DNA of 64,000 nt from the human T2T-CHM13v2.0 reference genome, Homo sapiens, in the NCBI RefSeq assembly GCF_009914755.1, contig NC_060926.1; one strand, 5' to 3'. The notes below the pieces were generated by a model that saw nothing but the letters and a program-made list of their open reading frames with translations, was not told the origin of the DNA and searched no databases. Made by a program: the position numbers and the translations under genes. The stretch's first letter is position 1, and every line of letters starts with the position of its first letter. Below, one piece after another: positions 29,620 through 45,082 of this stretch.

Positions 29620-30100
29620 CTGTATATTAGTCCATTTTCTGGTGCTTATAACAGAATACCTGAAACCTGATAACTTATTTTTAAAAAGAGAAATTGATTC
29701 CTTACAATTATGGAAGCTAAGAAGTCTAAAGTCTGTGGCAAGAGACTTTTTTTCTTTTTTCAGAGATGGGATCTTGCTATGTTACCTAGGCTGGTCTTGA
29801 ACTCCTGGGCAATCCTCCCACCTTAGCCTCCCAAAGGGCTGGGATTACAGGTGTGAGCCACTGTGTCTCCCTGCGAGAGACTTCTTGATGGTGGCAATTT
29901 CTTGATAGTGAGTCCCAAGGTGGTGCAGAGTATTGCATGCTGAGGGGGCTGAGCGAGTTAACATGCTTTGTCAGGTCTCTTTTTCTTTTTTTATAAAGCC
30001 ACCAGTTTCCCTCCCATGATAACCCCTTAACCCATCAATGAATGAATGCGTTGATGAGAACTCTGTACTCATGACCAAATCACCTCTGAAGGGCACACCA
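29620..30100 (-). mobile_element. MST-type MaLR LTR interrupted by an Alu monomer
   Basis: 'tgtatattagtccattttctggtgcttataacagaatacctgaaac' and 'ctcatgaccaaatcacctc'. Confidence 0.8.
29748..29871 (-). mobile_element. Free left Alu monomer (FLAM_C-like)
   Basis: Single Alu arm with a T-tail. Decayed TSD gcaagagactt/gcgagagactt. Confidence 0.85.
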
Positions 30101-30569
30101 GTCTGTTTCCTTCTATAGTTTTTATTATTTTTGTGATTATTGTTTTAAAAGGAGCTCTGAAGTCATCAAATCACACGTTTTTCAAATTTGTGAAATTATT
30201 TACATGGTATATATTCCCACTAATGGAAAGTTGAATTAAAAGGTACATACACTTTAAGGGCGTTAACCACAAGTGGTCAAATTGCCATCTAGAATGGCTA
30301 TAAAATTAACTTTCTCTCAATAGTTCATGTGTAACTACTTCCCAACACACCCCGAAGACTGATAATTATTTTCTCTTTAACTTCCTCTCTCCTGATAGAT
30401 AAAACGTGATACTGTTTTAATAAAGGCAAGTTAGTTTATAAAAGTTTTCATTAATTTTTTAATTTGTTACTTATTCCTTATTTTGGATTTACTTGCTTAT
30501 TCATGTTCTGTATCTTTCTTTGTTTATTTGTTACTAAATGTCCTTGTACATGAAATAATTACATTACTC

Positions 30570-31360
<791 letters not shown>

Positions 31361-32049
31361 ATTGCCAAATTCAGGTAATTTAATAAGAACTTCTTGATCT
31401 TATTGTTAATGCAATTTACAGACAATTATTTTGGCTATAAATTCAGAGCATATGAGAGTCATGTATCCTCAAACTCTCTTATTACTTCCAATACTCCTTT
31501 TGTATGCCTCCAAATTCTCCTGTTGTATCCAGTTTTCAAGCCCTGACATTTTTTTTCTCTCTAGAATATCCTAGGATTTTTCCTTCTTCTAAACTCCACC
31601 TCTGTAACTCTCAACTCCCATGTCCACACTAGAGTGTTTTCCCTGTTCCCTGATTCTTATTCATCTCTCTCAGATCATCTGAGTCAACGTTTTCTGTCCA
31701 TCCGTGCCTCTATTTTTGGGAGATTCAAACAACACTCTGATACATTATGATTCCCATCTTTTCCCAATGAGAATATTCCCCTTTTCTGCACCAAAAAAGA
31801 AAAACCTGTGAAGAAAAACTAAAATTTCACTGACATCTTCAAAAGTCTTTTAAAAATTACATCCAATGCAAACTTAAATTGCCAAAGACCATATAGATTA
31901 AATTAGGTGTTTCGCTTTTTAGTAGATACTTAAATTAGACCAGGTAATCATTTGGCAAAATTAATCATGCATCAAAGTAGTCTTCAGCCAAACTTTTTAG
32001 CCTGCTTTTCAGAAATATCAAATTTCCTGGAAGCATGTTATCCTTAAGG

Positions 32050-32950
32050 GACATGTAGAAGAGAAACTAGAGAAACTACGGTTGGCAAGTAGCTCAACAG
32101 CTGTTGATTATGGCCACTGAAAAGAACAAGATCTAAATAAGAGACACGAACACACAAAAATCCATGGAAGGTTGAATTAATAAGTGATGAAAGAGGAATT
32201 ATTGAGGTGAAAGTAGAAATGATAAACACATTCCAGAGATGGTTCATTTGAAAACAATAATAAATAACAAAAATATTTAACAGATATTGTCAAAAAAAGA
32301 GAAAAATAAGCAAAGTGACACAAAATTATAGGTGAGAATAAAGACACAACCATAGAGTAAATAAAATAATTTTATGCAATTAATTTTCTCAACTGTATGG
32401 AAATTAGTTTACAATCTTTGCCTAAATGTTGTAGAAAACTATAAATTGTCAAATGAATACCAGGATAGAAAACAATTTAAAAGTCAAATTGTCAAAAATA
32501 TAAAATTATTGAATTGTTTTCTAATTAAAGCACTAGTCACAACTATTTTCACAGATGTATTCAATGACATATTTGAGAAAGTAGTAATTCCAATGGTATT
32601 TAAACTCTTCCAGAGGATATAAAAGTGAGGAATGATTCCAGATAATTTTGGCATAATCAGGATAACAGTGATAAGAAATCTTCACGAAAACAACACAAAA
32701 ACTGCAGACCACACTGACTTTTGAATTGATACAAAATATCTGAAAGAAAATTAAGTTAATAAGAAACTTAATTTTTTTAAAATTGACTGTTTATCTCAAG
32801 ATGTATAAGTTATCGAAAATTAGGAAATATTTTAATATAATTCATCAAATTAATAAATCATATGGGAAATGTGATGTTCTATATAGATTTTTTAAATTAT
32901 GAAATCCAATAACTATTTCATGTATTTTTAAATGTCTTATAAAAATAAAG
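32050..32950 (+). mobile_element. Highly decayed L1M ORF2 fragment
   Basis: ORF 32374-32622 ends FTDVFNDIFEKVVIPMVFKLFQRI, similar to L1 [24 protein letters not shown]. Confidence 0.6.
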
Positions 32951-33379
32951 CAGAAACTGCAAGATGCTTTACTTAGGAAAAAAAGAAAGGGTAAGAAAAC
33001 TCATCAACTATGTGCTCCATAAACAAACTATATTGATTTTTTTCCTGCTATTTTCCAACTCTTTAGTCTTAAGCAAAATTATAAGCATCAATATAGTATT
33101 ACTGATATATAAAACTATGAAATCCCCAATTGGTAAATCTGTCTTTTCCATCTTTATTTTCTATCAGTATTTCTCTGTTGGCTTTGACTGAAAAATACTA
33201 TCTTCTTAAGTCATTCTGAAGAATTGAGAGGCACTTAGTTCTAAGAAATCCCATTAAATGATGATAACTCACTTTTATTTTACTATTTTAAACAGTGATT
33301 ATTATGATATGAAATATAAATAGACAACTATTTTTATTTGACATATGAACACGTAAAACAATATAAAGCATTAGTTGCA

Positions 33380-34270
33380 TTCATTTGATTCATACTTATT
33401 TAGTATCTGCAGAACAGTTCTGGCCTTCTTGCAGCGTTTATTCTAGTAGGAAGTGGTGGAGAGCTACATGAAGTGTTAATTTAGATAAGATGATCTGAAA
33501 ATGCTTCACTAATGGAACTTTGAAATTTGGAGGAGAAAAAAGACTGCACCTATACTGAAGGAAAGAGTTATCTGGCTATCTAGTAGGGGAGAAGAACATT
33601 TGGGAAAGAGGGAAGACAAGGCAGAATTGTGCTTCGCAATTTTAACAAATAGCAAGAAAGCTAATGTAGCTTGAGGACATTAGAAAGAGAGAGAGAGCTT
33701 TAGATAAAATAAAGTCAGATACATATTCAGGGGTCAATTAATGTTGGACTCATTAAACCACGGTTAAAAGTATTTGAATTTATTCCAGATGAGCTGAGGC
33801 CAAACTTATTGGAGGTGTCTGAACAGATACATGACATAATCTGATTTTTATTCGCAAAGGATCGCTCTGGATGCAGTGTGGACAATTGACTTAGAGTGTC
33901 AAAATTAGAACCATGTGAATCAGATAAACCATGTGAAACAGGTAAATCCAGTGATAGAGAATAATGGCTGAACTACAGTGGTGATGTAGGTCATGTGAAG
34001 TGGTTAGACATGAGTTTTATCTTGAGGTTAAAAAACTAAAGGATGTGCTTGTAAGATGGGTGTATGGTGAGAAAGTCAAGTCTGAGTCCAAGGAACAAGA
34101 CCAAACAACTGCACAAATGTTGATGCTACTGACTTAAATGGGAGCAACAACAAAAAAAGACACTTCTGCAGGAAATTAAAAATTGGATGTGGGGCATATT
34201 CACTTTGAGATGCATTATGAGCAGATGTGAAAAAGGCAAGTTAATAAAAGAGCCTAGGCTTCAGGGTGAC
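33380..34270 (-). mobile_element. LINE-2 fragment
   Basis: 'cattcatttgattc...tatttagtatctg' terminus, plus 'tttgaattttattccag' and 'ggatcgctctggatgcagtgtgg', typical of antisense L2. Confidence 0.7.
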
Positions 34271-34739
34271 TGAATTCTGGTGATATTAGAACAATAATTA
34301 AGCCCTATTGAGAAAAGATTTCTAAATTATATTTCAATATCTAGAATTCATACATTTGAATCAGAACAAAAGCAAAATAATACAGTTAGCAATGACGACT
34401 AAAGTAGATAGTACTATGTATGATGATTTAGTTTGGGATATGGCTGAGCACAAATGGGAAAAATAACAACTTTCTTTTATTTAGCTTATGTTAAGAGATC
34501 AAGAAAGTTAAAACTTTTCAAACCACAAGTTTTTAAAAAATATTTAAAAGGTAAATCACTTTGAAAAATTGAAACATCACTAGTATAAGAAAATATATAA
34601 CAAGGACAGAATTTGCATTAATAACATCGGGTTCATTTCCCTACTTATTCACATACTTTTGGCAAGTGACATAGTAATTGATATTTTATTCTTTTGGCTG
34701 TTTTTGTTGTTGTTGTTAGAAGTCACACACAGTTATTAT

Positions 34740-34870
34740 TATGTGCAAAGCTACTTAATCCTAATCACCATTTTACAGACAAAGGTCTTGGGGCATAAAA
34801 AGGTAAATGAGTTTTCCAGAATCACACAATAGGTTACTAATAAAGCCAGGATTTAAACTGGCTCCACTTC
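34740..34870 (-). mobile_element. MIR fragment
   Basis: 'ccattttacagacaaagg...aggtaaatgagttttccagaatcacaca...gccaggatttaaac'. Confidence 0.65.
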
Positions 34871-35558
34871 ATGCCCTATTCTCTATATGGTAATTGTACT
34901 GTGTTTTATGTATTTTTTATATAAATTCATTATTTTTTTTAAAAAAACCTACATTGTTTTATACTGAATTATGTTTTTCCCCATTAGACCAGGAATTATT
35001 TCAACCATGTTTTATTCACTCATGTAATCCTAGTCTTGGACCAGCATCCAGAGAAGAGTAAGTGAAGAATAGTTAAAATAACTTTTATATTCCATAAAGA
35101 CATTATAAGAATTGAGTGATGCAAATATAATGAGTGATTGAATTTTGAAATTTATGGAAAATTATAATCTCAGTAATAAGAAAGTGAAAAAGTTTTCAAC
35201 TTGGGAAACAATGAATACAACAAAACTGTAACTTTATATTTTTAAAATCTAGTTTCTACTTTTATGCTGATAAACCAAAATATAACTAAGTGTAAGTTAA
35301 GGGAGTTTTATAAATCTCTGTTTATACTAAACATTTTACTTTTCCAAGTACCTTTGATAATATATCATATGCATAGCATTAATGGACATCATAGTATCTT
35401 CAATTTGATATGGTTTCAAGAGTTAGAAAACTTCTAGACTTTGCTTTAAAAATGACAGGAATAGTATATGTTATTTTTCCTAATGGATTTCCCCTTCTCT
35501 TTTCATTCTTACTCAGAATATTAAAAAATGCTTTCTTAAGTATAGTTTTGAAAATCAC

Positions 35559-35604
35559 CTTAGTCACACATATTTTCTTTTCTTAGTCACACATATTTTA
35601 TTTT
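35559..35604. repeat. 23-bp tandem duplication (1 mismatch)
   Basis: cttagtcacacatatttt(c/a)tttt x2. Confidence 0.9.
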
Positions 35605-35799
35605 CTTTTTAATTTTATCAAGAATTAAAAGTTTTAACCTCTGTCCATTCAATTCCTTGCCCCTGTGTTATCCTGCTGACAAAAAAAAAGAAAAATACTT
35701 CTTTCTAAGGTGGTCAAAGACACTTTAAATATTTAATGTGGGCATTTTCCTTGTAGGAGTATGGGTTAAGCCTTATTTCTAGAGAGTATGAATAGTTTC

Positions 35800-36480
35800 T
35801 CATCTATTTCTTATAATAGTTTTCTGATTCTCCATTGATGGGTGAAACATAATCTATTTAATCATTTTATAATAATCACATTTGAGATTGGCCAAAAGTT
35901 TTATCTCAAATTACTTAGACAAAATTTTTATCTCAAATTATATCTATATCTATATTCTTACCTGTATCTATGCATGAAACTACAACTGTATTTATATCAT
36001 TGATATCCACATTTTTACATCTTTTGGTGCCTATGCTATTTCTGCAGAACAGTTTCCTATAAGTGAGAATACTAGGTAAGTAGCCACATTTATTTTAATA
36101 TGTAAATGTTATCAAAATTGTTATGAGAAATTATTTTATCACCAAAAGCATTTGAGATTTCTTCTTTCTCCATGGACTCAATACATGCTGTATTATTATT
36201 ATCATTACTATTATTATTTTACAATAGTCTTATATATGAAAAATGGTATTTCATGAATTAGTATCTATTTATTTATTCAGAAGCCTGTGTCTATTTGAAC
36301 TTATTCTATCTTTTGTAAGTTCTGTGTCCATATTATTGACTCATTTTTATATAGTTTATTTTTAATAGTTAATGTTAGGAAATAATATATATAAAGGAAA
36401 TATGAATCTTTGGTTATATGTGTCACATTTTCTTCTAGACTTTTAGATTTTTATATATTGAAGAGTTCATTCATTTTATA
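35800..36480 (-). mobile_element. Ancient L1ME-like fragment
   Basis: Weak antisense L1 3' motifs ('tctccattgatgggt', 'tttcctataagtgagaatactagg', 'aaatggtatttcat'). Confidence 0.45.
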
Positions 36481-36689
36481 TAATCTAAATTTTTAATTAA
36501 ATTTGTTTTAGAAGTTTGGTGCAAAACAAGGAGACATGAAATAAAATAAGCAATAGAATTATTTTAAAGGAGGAAATACACTGTTATACTATTTGAGGAA
36601 TTAGAAAACTTTAAAGAGCACTTAGGCTTAACATCCATTTTACTTTAATGGATTCTGTAATAAAACATAGCAAGGTATGAATTTTAGTC

Positions 36690-36850
36690 AAGCAATTTAC
36701 GAGGCATAAGACTTTGGGTAAGTTATTTTACCTCTGAGCTTTTGTTTCTTCATCTTCATCCTGGTGATGATTGTAGCCCCAGTCTCAAAAGATTCCTGTA
36801 AGAGCAAATAAAATAGTAAATATCCAAAATGCTAAAGATATTTATTCAAT
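36690..36850 (+). mobile_element. MIR fragment
   Basis: 'gactttgggtaagttattttacctctgagcttttgtttcttcatc'. Confidence 0.65.
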
Positions 36851-36909
36851 AAAGATAAAAATTAAGAGTTTAAATATTTTGCTTAATAGCTATGAACAGG
36901 TAGAAAATG

Positions 36910-38197
36910 CAGTAAGTCTTCACTTAATGTCACTGATAGGTTTTTGGAAACTGTAACTTTAAGAGAAAAAACATATCATGGAACCAATGTTACCACTGGG
37001 TAGTTGATATAAACAATAGTTTAATATCTACAGCATAGTTCTGGTCAGAAAAATGTTACCATACTTTTTACAAACACCACAAATACTTCTAACATTAAAC
37101 ATTGAAATAAATGTGAACTATACACACATTTAAGAAAGATGAATAAAAACAAGTGAGATAATTATTTACCAAATTATGCCAGTTTAGGATCATATCTCCC
37201 AGCAGCTCAGGGCACAAGGTGAAAACCAGCCCTAGACAGGATGCCATTCCATTGCAGGGTGCACTCACACACACACATCCATGTTCACTCTCGCTGGGAC
37301 CATTTAGACACACAAATTTACTTCATGTGCACATCTTTAGGATGTGGAAAGAAATAGGAATACCTTGAGTAAACACACATAGACATGGGGAAAATGTGCA
37401 AACTCCACACAAACAGTGGCACCAGCAAGGAATCAATTTTTTTTGTCAAATGTATGCAATCTTGAACAAAATGATTTTTTTTGTCAGCAACTAAAAACAG
37501 AACTCTGTATGATCCAGCAATTCTGCTACTAGCTAAATATCCAAAAGAAAGGAAATCTATATATTGAAGAGATATTTACACCCCCATGTTTATTGCAGCA
37601 CTATTCACAATAGCCAAGTTGTGGACTCAACCTAAGTGTGTATCAATGGATTAATAAAGAAAATGTGGTATATCTATAAACAATGGGATATTATCCAGCC
37701 ATAAAAAAGAATAAAATTCTGTCATTTGCAAAACATGGATGAAACAAGAAGACATTTTGTTAAGTGAAATAAGCCAGGCACAAGAGAACAAACATCACAT
37801 GTTCTCACTCATATGTGGAATATGTGGAAGCTTATGAATAGAAGGGTGGTTACTAGAGGGTGGGTAGGGTATTGGGAAAAGGCAGATGAACAGGGTTGGT
37901 TAATGGGTATAAACATACAGTTAAATAGGAGGAATAAATTCTAGTGTTTGATAGCACAATAGAGTGACTAGCTGACAATAATTTATTGCACATTTCAAAG
38001 TACTTAGATAAAAAGATTTGAACTATTCCCAACACAAATAAATTATTCATCTTGGAGGTAATGGATATTCTAATTACCCAGATTTGATCATTACACATTT
38101 TATGCTTGTATCAAAACATCACATGTATCCCATAAATATGTGTAACTATTATGTATACATAAACTGTGTAAAAAGACTGTTAATTGGGGACCTGTTG
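36910..38197 (-). mobile_element. MER6/MER6A (TcMar-Tigger), interrupted near one end by L1MA
   Basis: Left TIR 'cagtaagtcttcacttaatgtc'. Body 'gacatggggaaaatgtgcaaactccacacaaacagtggc'. The other TIR remnant 'ggggacctgttg' lies after the L1 at ~38186-38197. Confidence 0.8.
37487..38175 (+). mobile_element. 5'-truncated L1MA (MA4-6-like) 3' end
   Basis: 'ctaaaaacagaactctgtatgatccagcaattc' through 'tacccagatttgatcattacacat...cccataaatatgtgtaactattatgta'. Confidence 0.85.
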
Positions 38198-40724
38198 CAC
38201 AATAAAATAAAAACATTTATGTTAACAAATAACATACATACATAAAGTTATCCATAAGTGTAGTCAGTATGAAAGGTCTATCATTTGTTAGGTGGTAAAA
38301 TATGAATAAATGAACATATACTAAAAATAAACATATACCATGCTCCTTATTAGAAAGATTGATATTACTTAAAAAAAATTTAACAACTTCAACTAAATTC
38401 AAACCAAAATATCAATTAAAATAAAAAATGCTTAGAAATTTAAGAAATATTTTTATATTTCTTGTGAGAGAACAACTAGAAAAGGAAACCCCAAAATAAA
38501 ATATTGCAGTTGGGGGAAATAAGAAGGTATATAGATTGGGTGAGTTTGTCTATACCTAATAACCATTCAAAAATAAAAAAGGAGAAAGTTATTGTTCATT
38601 TGCCCCCAATACGTCCTAGAAAATAGAAGGAAAAATACAGCATATATTAGAAAAACAATCATAATTAGAGTACACTGACATTTTTAGAAATTTTTTTAAA
38701 AAGAAACTATGGATGAATGTGACAGAAGAAATAATATATTGTCACAGGCCAAATATGTTAGGGAGAAAGGTAAATGTCAGCAAGAATCTTCAAGATCAGG
38801 ACAAGTAACGTTACCTTTAAAATGAGAGAACCTATATTGTCATGAATTTTAAATAACATACTTCTAATTCATGTCATAACATTTAATTATGTATAATTTA
38901 CATAGGTAATTAGCTCTTACTTCTTTTGCCACTATCCCTAGTCTGGCTAGTCAATTTTCCTTTCTTCTGAATTATTTGGGAACATTAGTCAAATTAGTTG
39001 CATTTTATTTCCATTTAGTTTCACTGCATGTAAATCCGTATTCACAACAGAGGAGTGAGCAATAGTCAGGGGAGAAAAGCAACTGAGAGAAACAAAGATG
39101 TTCTGGATGGAGCAATTTAAAAGACTCTGCCTTCAATCTTCATTTAGCTTAATTGGGAGACTTACCAGAGAATCAAAGCCACCTGTTTGGTATAGCAGTC
39201 CCTCAAATTATAATATGTAATGCTCAAAAAATAAGACTGTTGTATTGATGTCAAATGTTTTTCTTAGATGTAACAGAATTTTTTTTACCTACTTCTGAAT
39301 TATGTAAAATTATGTCTCACATTTTCTTTATAAATATTTATTTTACAACAGAATGTTTTATTTTGCTATTAAGACTTGCAGAGTAGTTCAAAACACACGA
39401 CACCATTTATATATATGTTATATTTATGGTTCAAAAAAACCTAAGTCAGATCAGTAATATCTCACGGGCTGCCACAGCTTGAATTTTCTTCTAAGAAAAC
39501 TGGTCTGCTGCCAATTTAAGTTGTTCAGTTAAAAAACGTCAGCAAGAAAACAAAAAGAAGTTTAAGACATTTTGCTATAAATATAGTACCCACTGTGAAA
39601 ATTACTCACTCTGTCATTTGGTTTTAATTTGTTAAAAGATGTCTTCATTTTAAAAAAATTAACAACAATGAAATTAACAAATACAGATAATAACCATGCA
39701 CTTATTGAGATGAACTGTATTAGTCTTAGGTTGATTACAACCAAAATGAACTGGGGCTAGACAGCATCATAATTTCTTACTAGCCTAGCTCTCTATGAGT
39801 CTCAGAGAAAAATATAAATAAGTAGTTGACATTTTAAAATTAGGCACATATTTTGCTTCTCAGTTTATACAATAATATATAATTATTCCAAAAAGCTTTT
39901 TATTTTGATCATTCCAACATGGCATTTCTGAAAAACTGTAAGAGTCTCTAATGTTGTAATACTTTCTATGAAAAAGAGATGCAAAAAGCCTGAAAAATAG
40001 AGAGTTATAATACCTGTTAGCATTTTATAGGCTTAGATAAATTCTGCAATACAAAAAAGACTGATTTATTTCATTTATTATTGGCTAAATGTCTTGGGAA
40101 GAGGCATAAGCCGTGTGCTACAGATTTAACATTCCTTGGGACAAATAGTATGACTTGCAATTATATTCCCAGAACCTCATTAGCTTATATAAGTCTCTCA
40201 GCGATTGCGTGTACTTTTCAAGACACTCAATATCCTATTTGTCCCGTTATAGTTTCTTATACAGGCTTAAAAATAACAATGGTGATTTAAAAAATGATTC
40301 ACAAAATAGAAGAAAAATGATATCCTAAGATCAATAGCAGTAGTACAGATTAATAAGCCCATTGCTAAATTTTAGCCAGAGTCCTATTTATTGTTCTAAA
40401 TTCAGTTGAAAATCTAGATACATACAACATTTCAGATAATGTGTAACATTTCACAAGAGTCATAATTCTGACTTATGGTTCATGCAATGTTGTTTTGAAC
40501 TCAGTAAAATTATCAAAATTTTACAATTGTTGAAAAATACCACATTTCTAAATTCTTGTTATCTTTAAAAACATATCATTGTGCTGAAAACATGATCTTT
40601 TTTGATGATCTCTTCTAAGACACTTTTGCACATGCAATTAGTTACATAAATAAATATTAATCAAAAGTATAACTAATTTTTTCTAAACGATTTATCATTT
40701 CATTTGTACCGATTTGGAGAAATA

Positions 40725-40800
40725 ATTTTTCTGCTTATTCCCATGGCAGAGTGGTGTCTGACACCAAGCAGGCATTTAATAAATATTTGATAAGTAAATC
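40725..40800 (+). mobile_element. L2 3' terminal fragment
   Basis: 'gtgtctgacaccaagcaggcatttaataaatatttgataagtaaat'. Confidence 0.55.
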
Positions 40801-42918
40801 CATGTTCTTGATTAATTAGGCAATTTATTCCTACAAGTGCCCGTTTATAGATTGCCAAGGAATGAATGGATCCTACTACTTGATTCAGTTTCCTCCCATC
40901 TGTGATTATCTAAATTAAGATCTAGGTTAATGTCAGATAAACTTCTCTCTCCAGGTAGTCTCACCAAAAAAATTAAAACTCCCTCTACTATGTATTGATC
41001 GGCATTGTTGTTTTTCGTAAATAGTGAGGCAATGTCAACAGGATATTCCTCATGATTCCAAATTTTCCAAAGACATAAAAAAGTAAACGAGGAAAGGGTA
41101 TGAGAGCTTTTTATTTAGCTTAACAACAACAACAACAACAGAAACTTCTTTACTTACTATTATATATTTGAAGAAAGAAGGATCAATAGTTAGGGTACAA
41201 AATATGAATGAATCTATTTTTCTTTCTTAGTGTGGGTAGAAAACAAGAAATAAATTACAATTTATCCAAGGAGTTAAAAAGTTTTGTTTCAAAACAAATA
41301 TTGCTTCTTTTTCAAGCTAGGAGTGGGACTTTAAAAACAAATAGTTTATACATAGATCTAGCAAGAACTTTGCTAAACCAATATAAAAGTAAGTTTAACT
41401 TAAACAGACAGCAGCAAATGTACTAATTTCTCATTTGAAGTGTCATTTGCAATATTTAAAGGAACTTCACATGTGATGGAAAAAGCAAAACACTACCATT
41501 CAGCAAGAGGGCCATGTAACTCCTGGTTGCAAAAATGGCATTCATATTATCATTATCCTTATTATTATTACAGAAAAATGGCCCTTATCCACTTCCGAGG
41601 AATTCTAACATGGATGCTCTCCAGCTTGTAAGAATTGTGCTATACATTTTTTTAAAAATGAGTAAATAAATGGATGAGGAAATAGCTCTGTTGTTTTATT
41701 ACCTTGGAATCAGGGACTATAAAGAGACCTGAATTATACCACGTAAAATTATTGGAGAATAAAATGGCACAATGTGCAGTAATTTACAATCCATTTAGTA
41801 TGTGTCAAGTCATAAATCTGTTCTTCAAATAGATTTCTCACTATTGGAATGAGTGTTTAATTTTAATACTTATGATTTTCCCCTGTGCTTGTCCTGTAGG
41901 AGTTGTTTTAATAAAATTTCACTGCGCTCAAAGGTATTTTTGACCTGGTCAAACCATAGCATTTTATGTATGTGGAAAAACATCACAACTTGTCAATATA
42001 TTCAAACTGAGATTTTCAAAACCTGGTGTCTAAAAGGTGTACATAAATTGCACATTTGAGTTCCCTCGTTGACCCTTAGCTAAGCAAAAACCCTTTTTTG
42101 TGCTTAAATGCCTACGGATGTGAAATAATCGTGTATTTAGGTGCCAAATTCAGTATCTGAGTTGATATAGTGGGCCTGTCTTCAGGAGAAGATTAAATAT
42201 TCCTGTAATAGTCTTCAATATTTGCAAGGTTACTTAAAGAATGGAAACAAGTCACCATTAAACTAAAGTATTTATTTTGTTATTCTAGAAAGCTAGCTAG
42301 AATACAGTATAGTTTGATGTCTTTTACATGGTGCTGTAACACATATTTTTAACATGATGTATCTGCTCAGAGTATGTTAAGTTTCACATGGTTTTTTAGA
42401 CTGTTAATATTTTTCTTCACCAAGGATATTCCAGAAATAATTGAAGCATTTTAAAGCGATGTGCTGAACAGAATCCACATAATTATGTATTTATGGTAGG
42501 TAGAGAAGAACAACACAAACTGTGAAATGTTCTACCTGCACTGCAAATAATATTCACTCTAGGTGGATAGTGGATAAATTGAGCAAAAAAGTATTTCTGT
42601 CTGACACTGTGAAAAGCTCCACAGGGACATTTTAAAGAGGGAAAAGCAAGTGAAAGTATGATTTGCTCCAGGGAAGGATTTAGTTGCCTGCAAAAGAGGT
42701 AGTACCTGAAGTATATATTTTTTTAACTTATTTTGACTAGATAGAATGAATATTTTCATTGAGCATAGCATTATGAGATCCGTTGCATAGAAATTTCCCA
42801 ATTCTGTATCCAACAATTTGAAACCTATAAGGAAAATTTTGAGACGACAAAGTAGAGTCTAAAAAAAGCACCTCAGTTTTAAAAAGTGGAAAGAAGTTTA
42901 CAGAAAAGAAGGGTAATT

Positions 42919-43024
42919 ATGTGTGCGTGTCTGTGTGTGTGTGTATAACTGTGTAAACAGACTGACATGAATCCCCATTTGCTAAGCCACTCCTCTGTGT
43001 GTGCATGTGCATGTCTGTGTGTGT
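42919..43024. repeat. Degenerate (TG)n tracts
   Basis: Two imperfect TG runs at 42919-42946 and 42996-43024. Confidence 0.7.
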
Positions 43025-43759
43025 TCTAATGATCTTTTTCCAGGGTGAAATGAACATTTTATTCTTGATTTATTCTTTAATATATAAGAAGTTTGTCATG
43101 AGAAGACAAGTATCATTATTTGTACGTTAATGTCCAATATATAAATTATTAAACAATACATTGATCTCTTAATCACATGCTATTCAAACAACTAATAAAA
43201 TTCGTGAATGTGACAATTGGATTTCACCAAATCTGAAAAATGTTGATTTAGTTAATCAAAAAAATACCTCTGAATGTTTGATTGTAATTTATATTCTGTA
43301 ATATTAGACATTTTACTGTTTTGAAAACCTTAATTAACAACACTGTTACACAATGATTATAATCAATATATTTACATGAAAACCGGTTACAAAATTGTTA
43401 ATGCCAAGCATTAAAAAATGTTTTTATTATCTCCTTTTAAATTTTTATTCCTACTTATATAATTACATTTCAAATTCTTACTTTATTTTTTACTACATTT
43501 TATTTTTGCTCTTAAACTTTTATTTCTGGTTTATTTGAGATAGTTATAACTAAGATTACCTAATTTATGAAATTGGAAAGATGATTGAAAATTTGTGGCC
43601 AGAGCCAGAGAACAGGTAAAGCTTTACCATTTCTTCTACCCAAGTCAATTATCCCAAAAGTAATATATTTTCCTGGTAGTTAGACATCATCCATTACATG
43701 TAAAAATGTGATATTATTTATTAAAGTTTTAAAAACTATATTTAATGCATTTCTCTTTA

Positions 43760-44100
43760 ACAAGTTTTTGATCAACAAAAAGTTACAAAGATAATATAGA
43801 GCGTTCAAATATATCTCACATCCAATATCCCCTAATATCAACATCGCATATTTTGTAGTACTTTCTCACAACTAATGAACTAATATTGACAGATTATTAG
43901 TAACTAAATTCCAGACTTTGTATTTCATTTGTTTTACCTAATGTCCTTTTTCTCTTTCAACATCCTATCCAAGATACTGTATTTCATTTAGTTATAATGT
44001 TTCTTAAATGACCTGATATTTTTCTCGGATTTTCATTGTTTTTCATGAAGAGCTACTCAGATATGTTGTAATATGCGTATCAACTAGGGTTCCTCTGGTT
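43760..44100 (-). mobile_element. L1MC-like 3'UTR fragment
   Basis: 'aaaagttacaaagataatatagag...aatgaactaatattgacagattattagtaactaaattccagac'. Confidence 0.65.
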
Positions 44101-44116
44101 TTTTTAAAAATCTTTG

Positions 44117-45082
<966 letters not shown>

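Noticed and set aside
42559-42816. 85-aa ORF in unique sequence (also 40081, 41208, 41440, 41853)
   Set aside because: Short, no recognisable motif, and consistent with chance ORFs.
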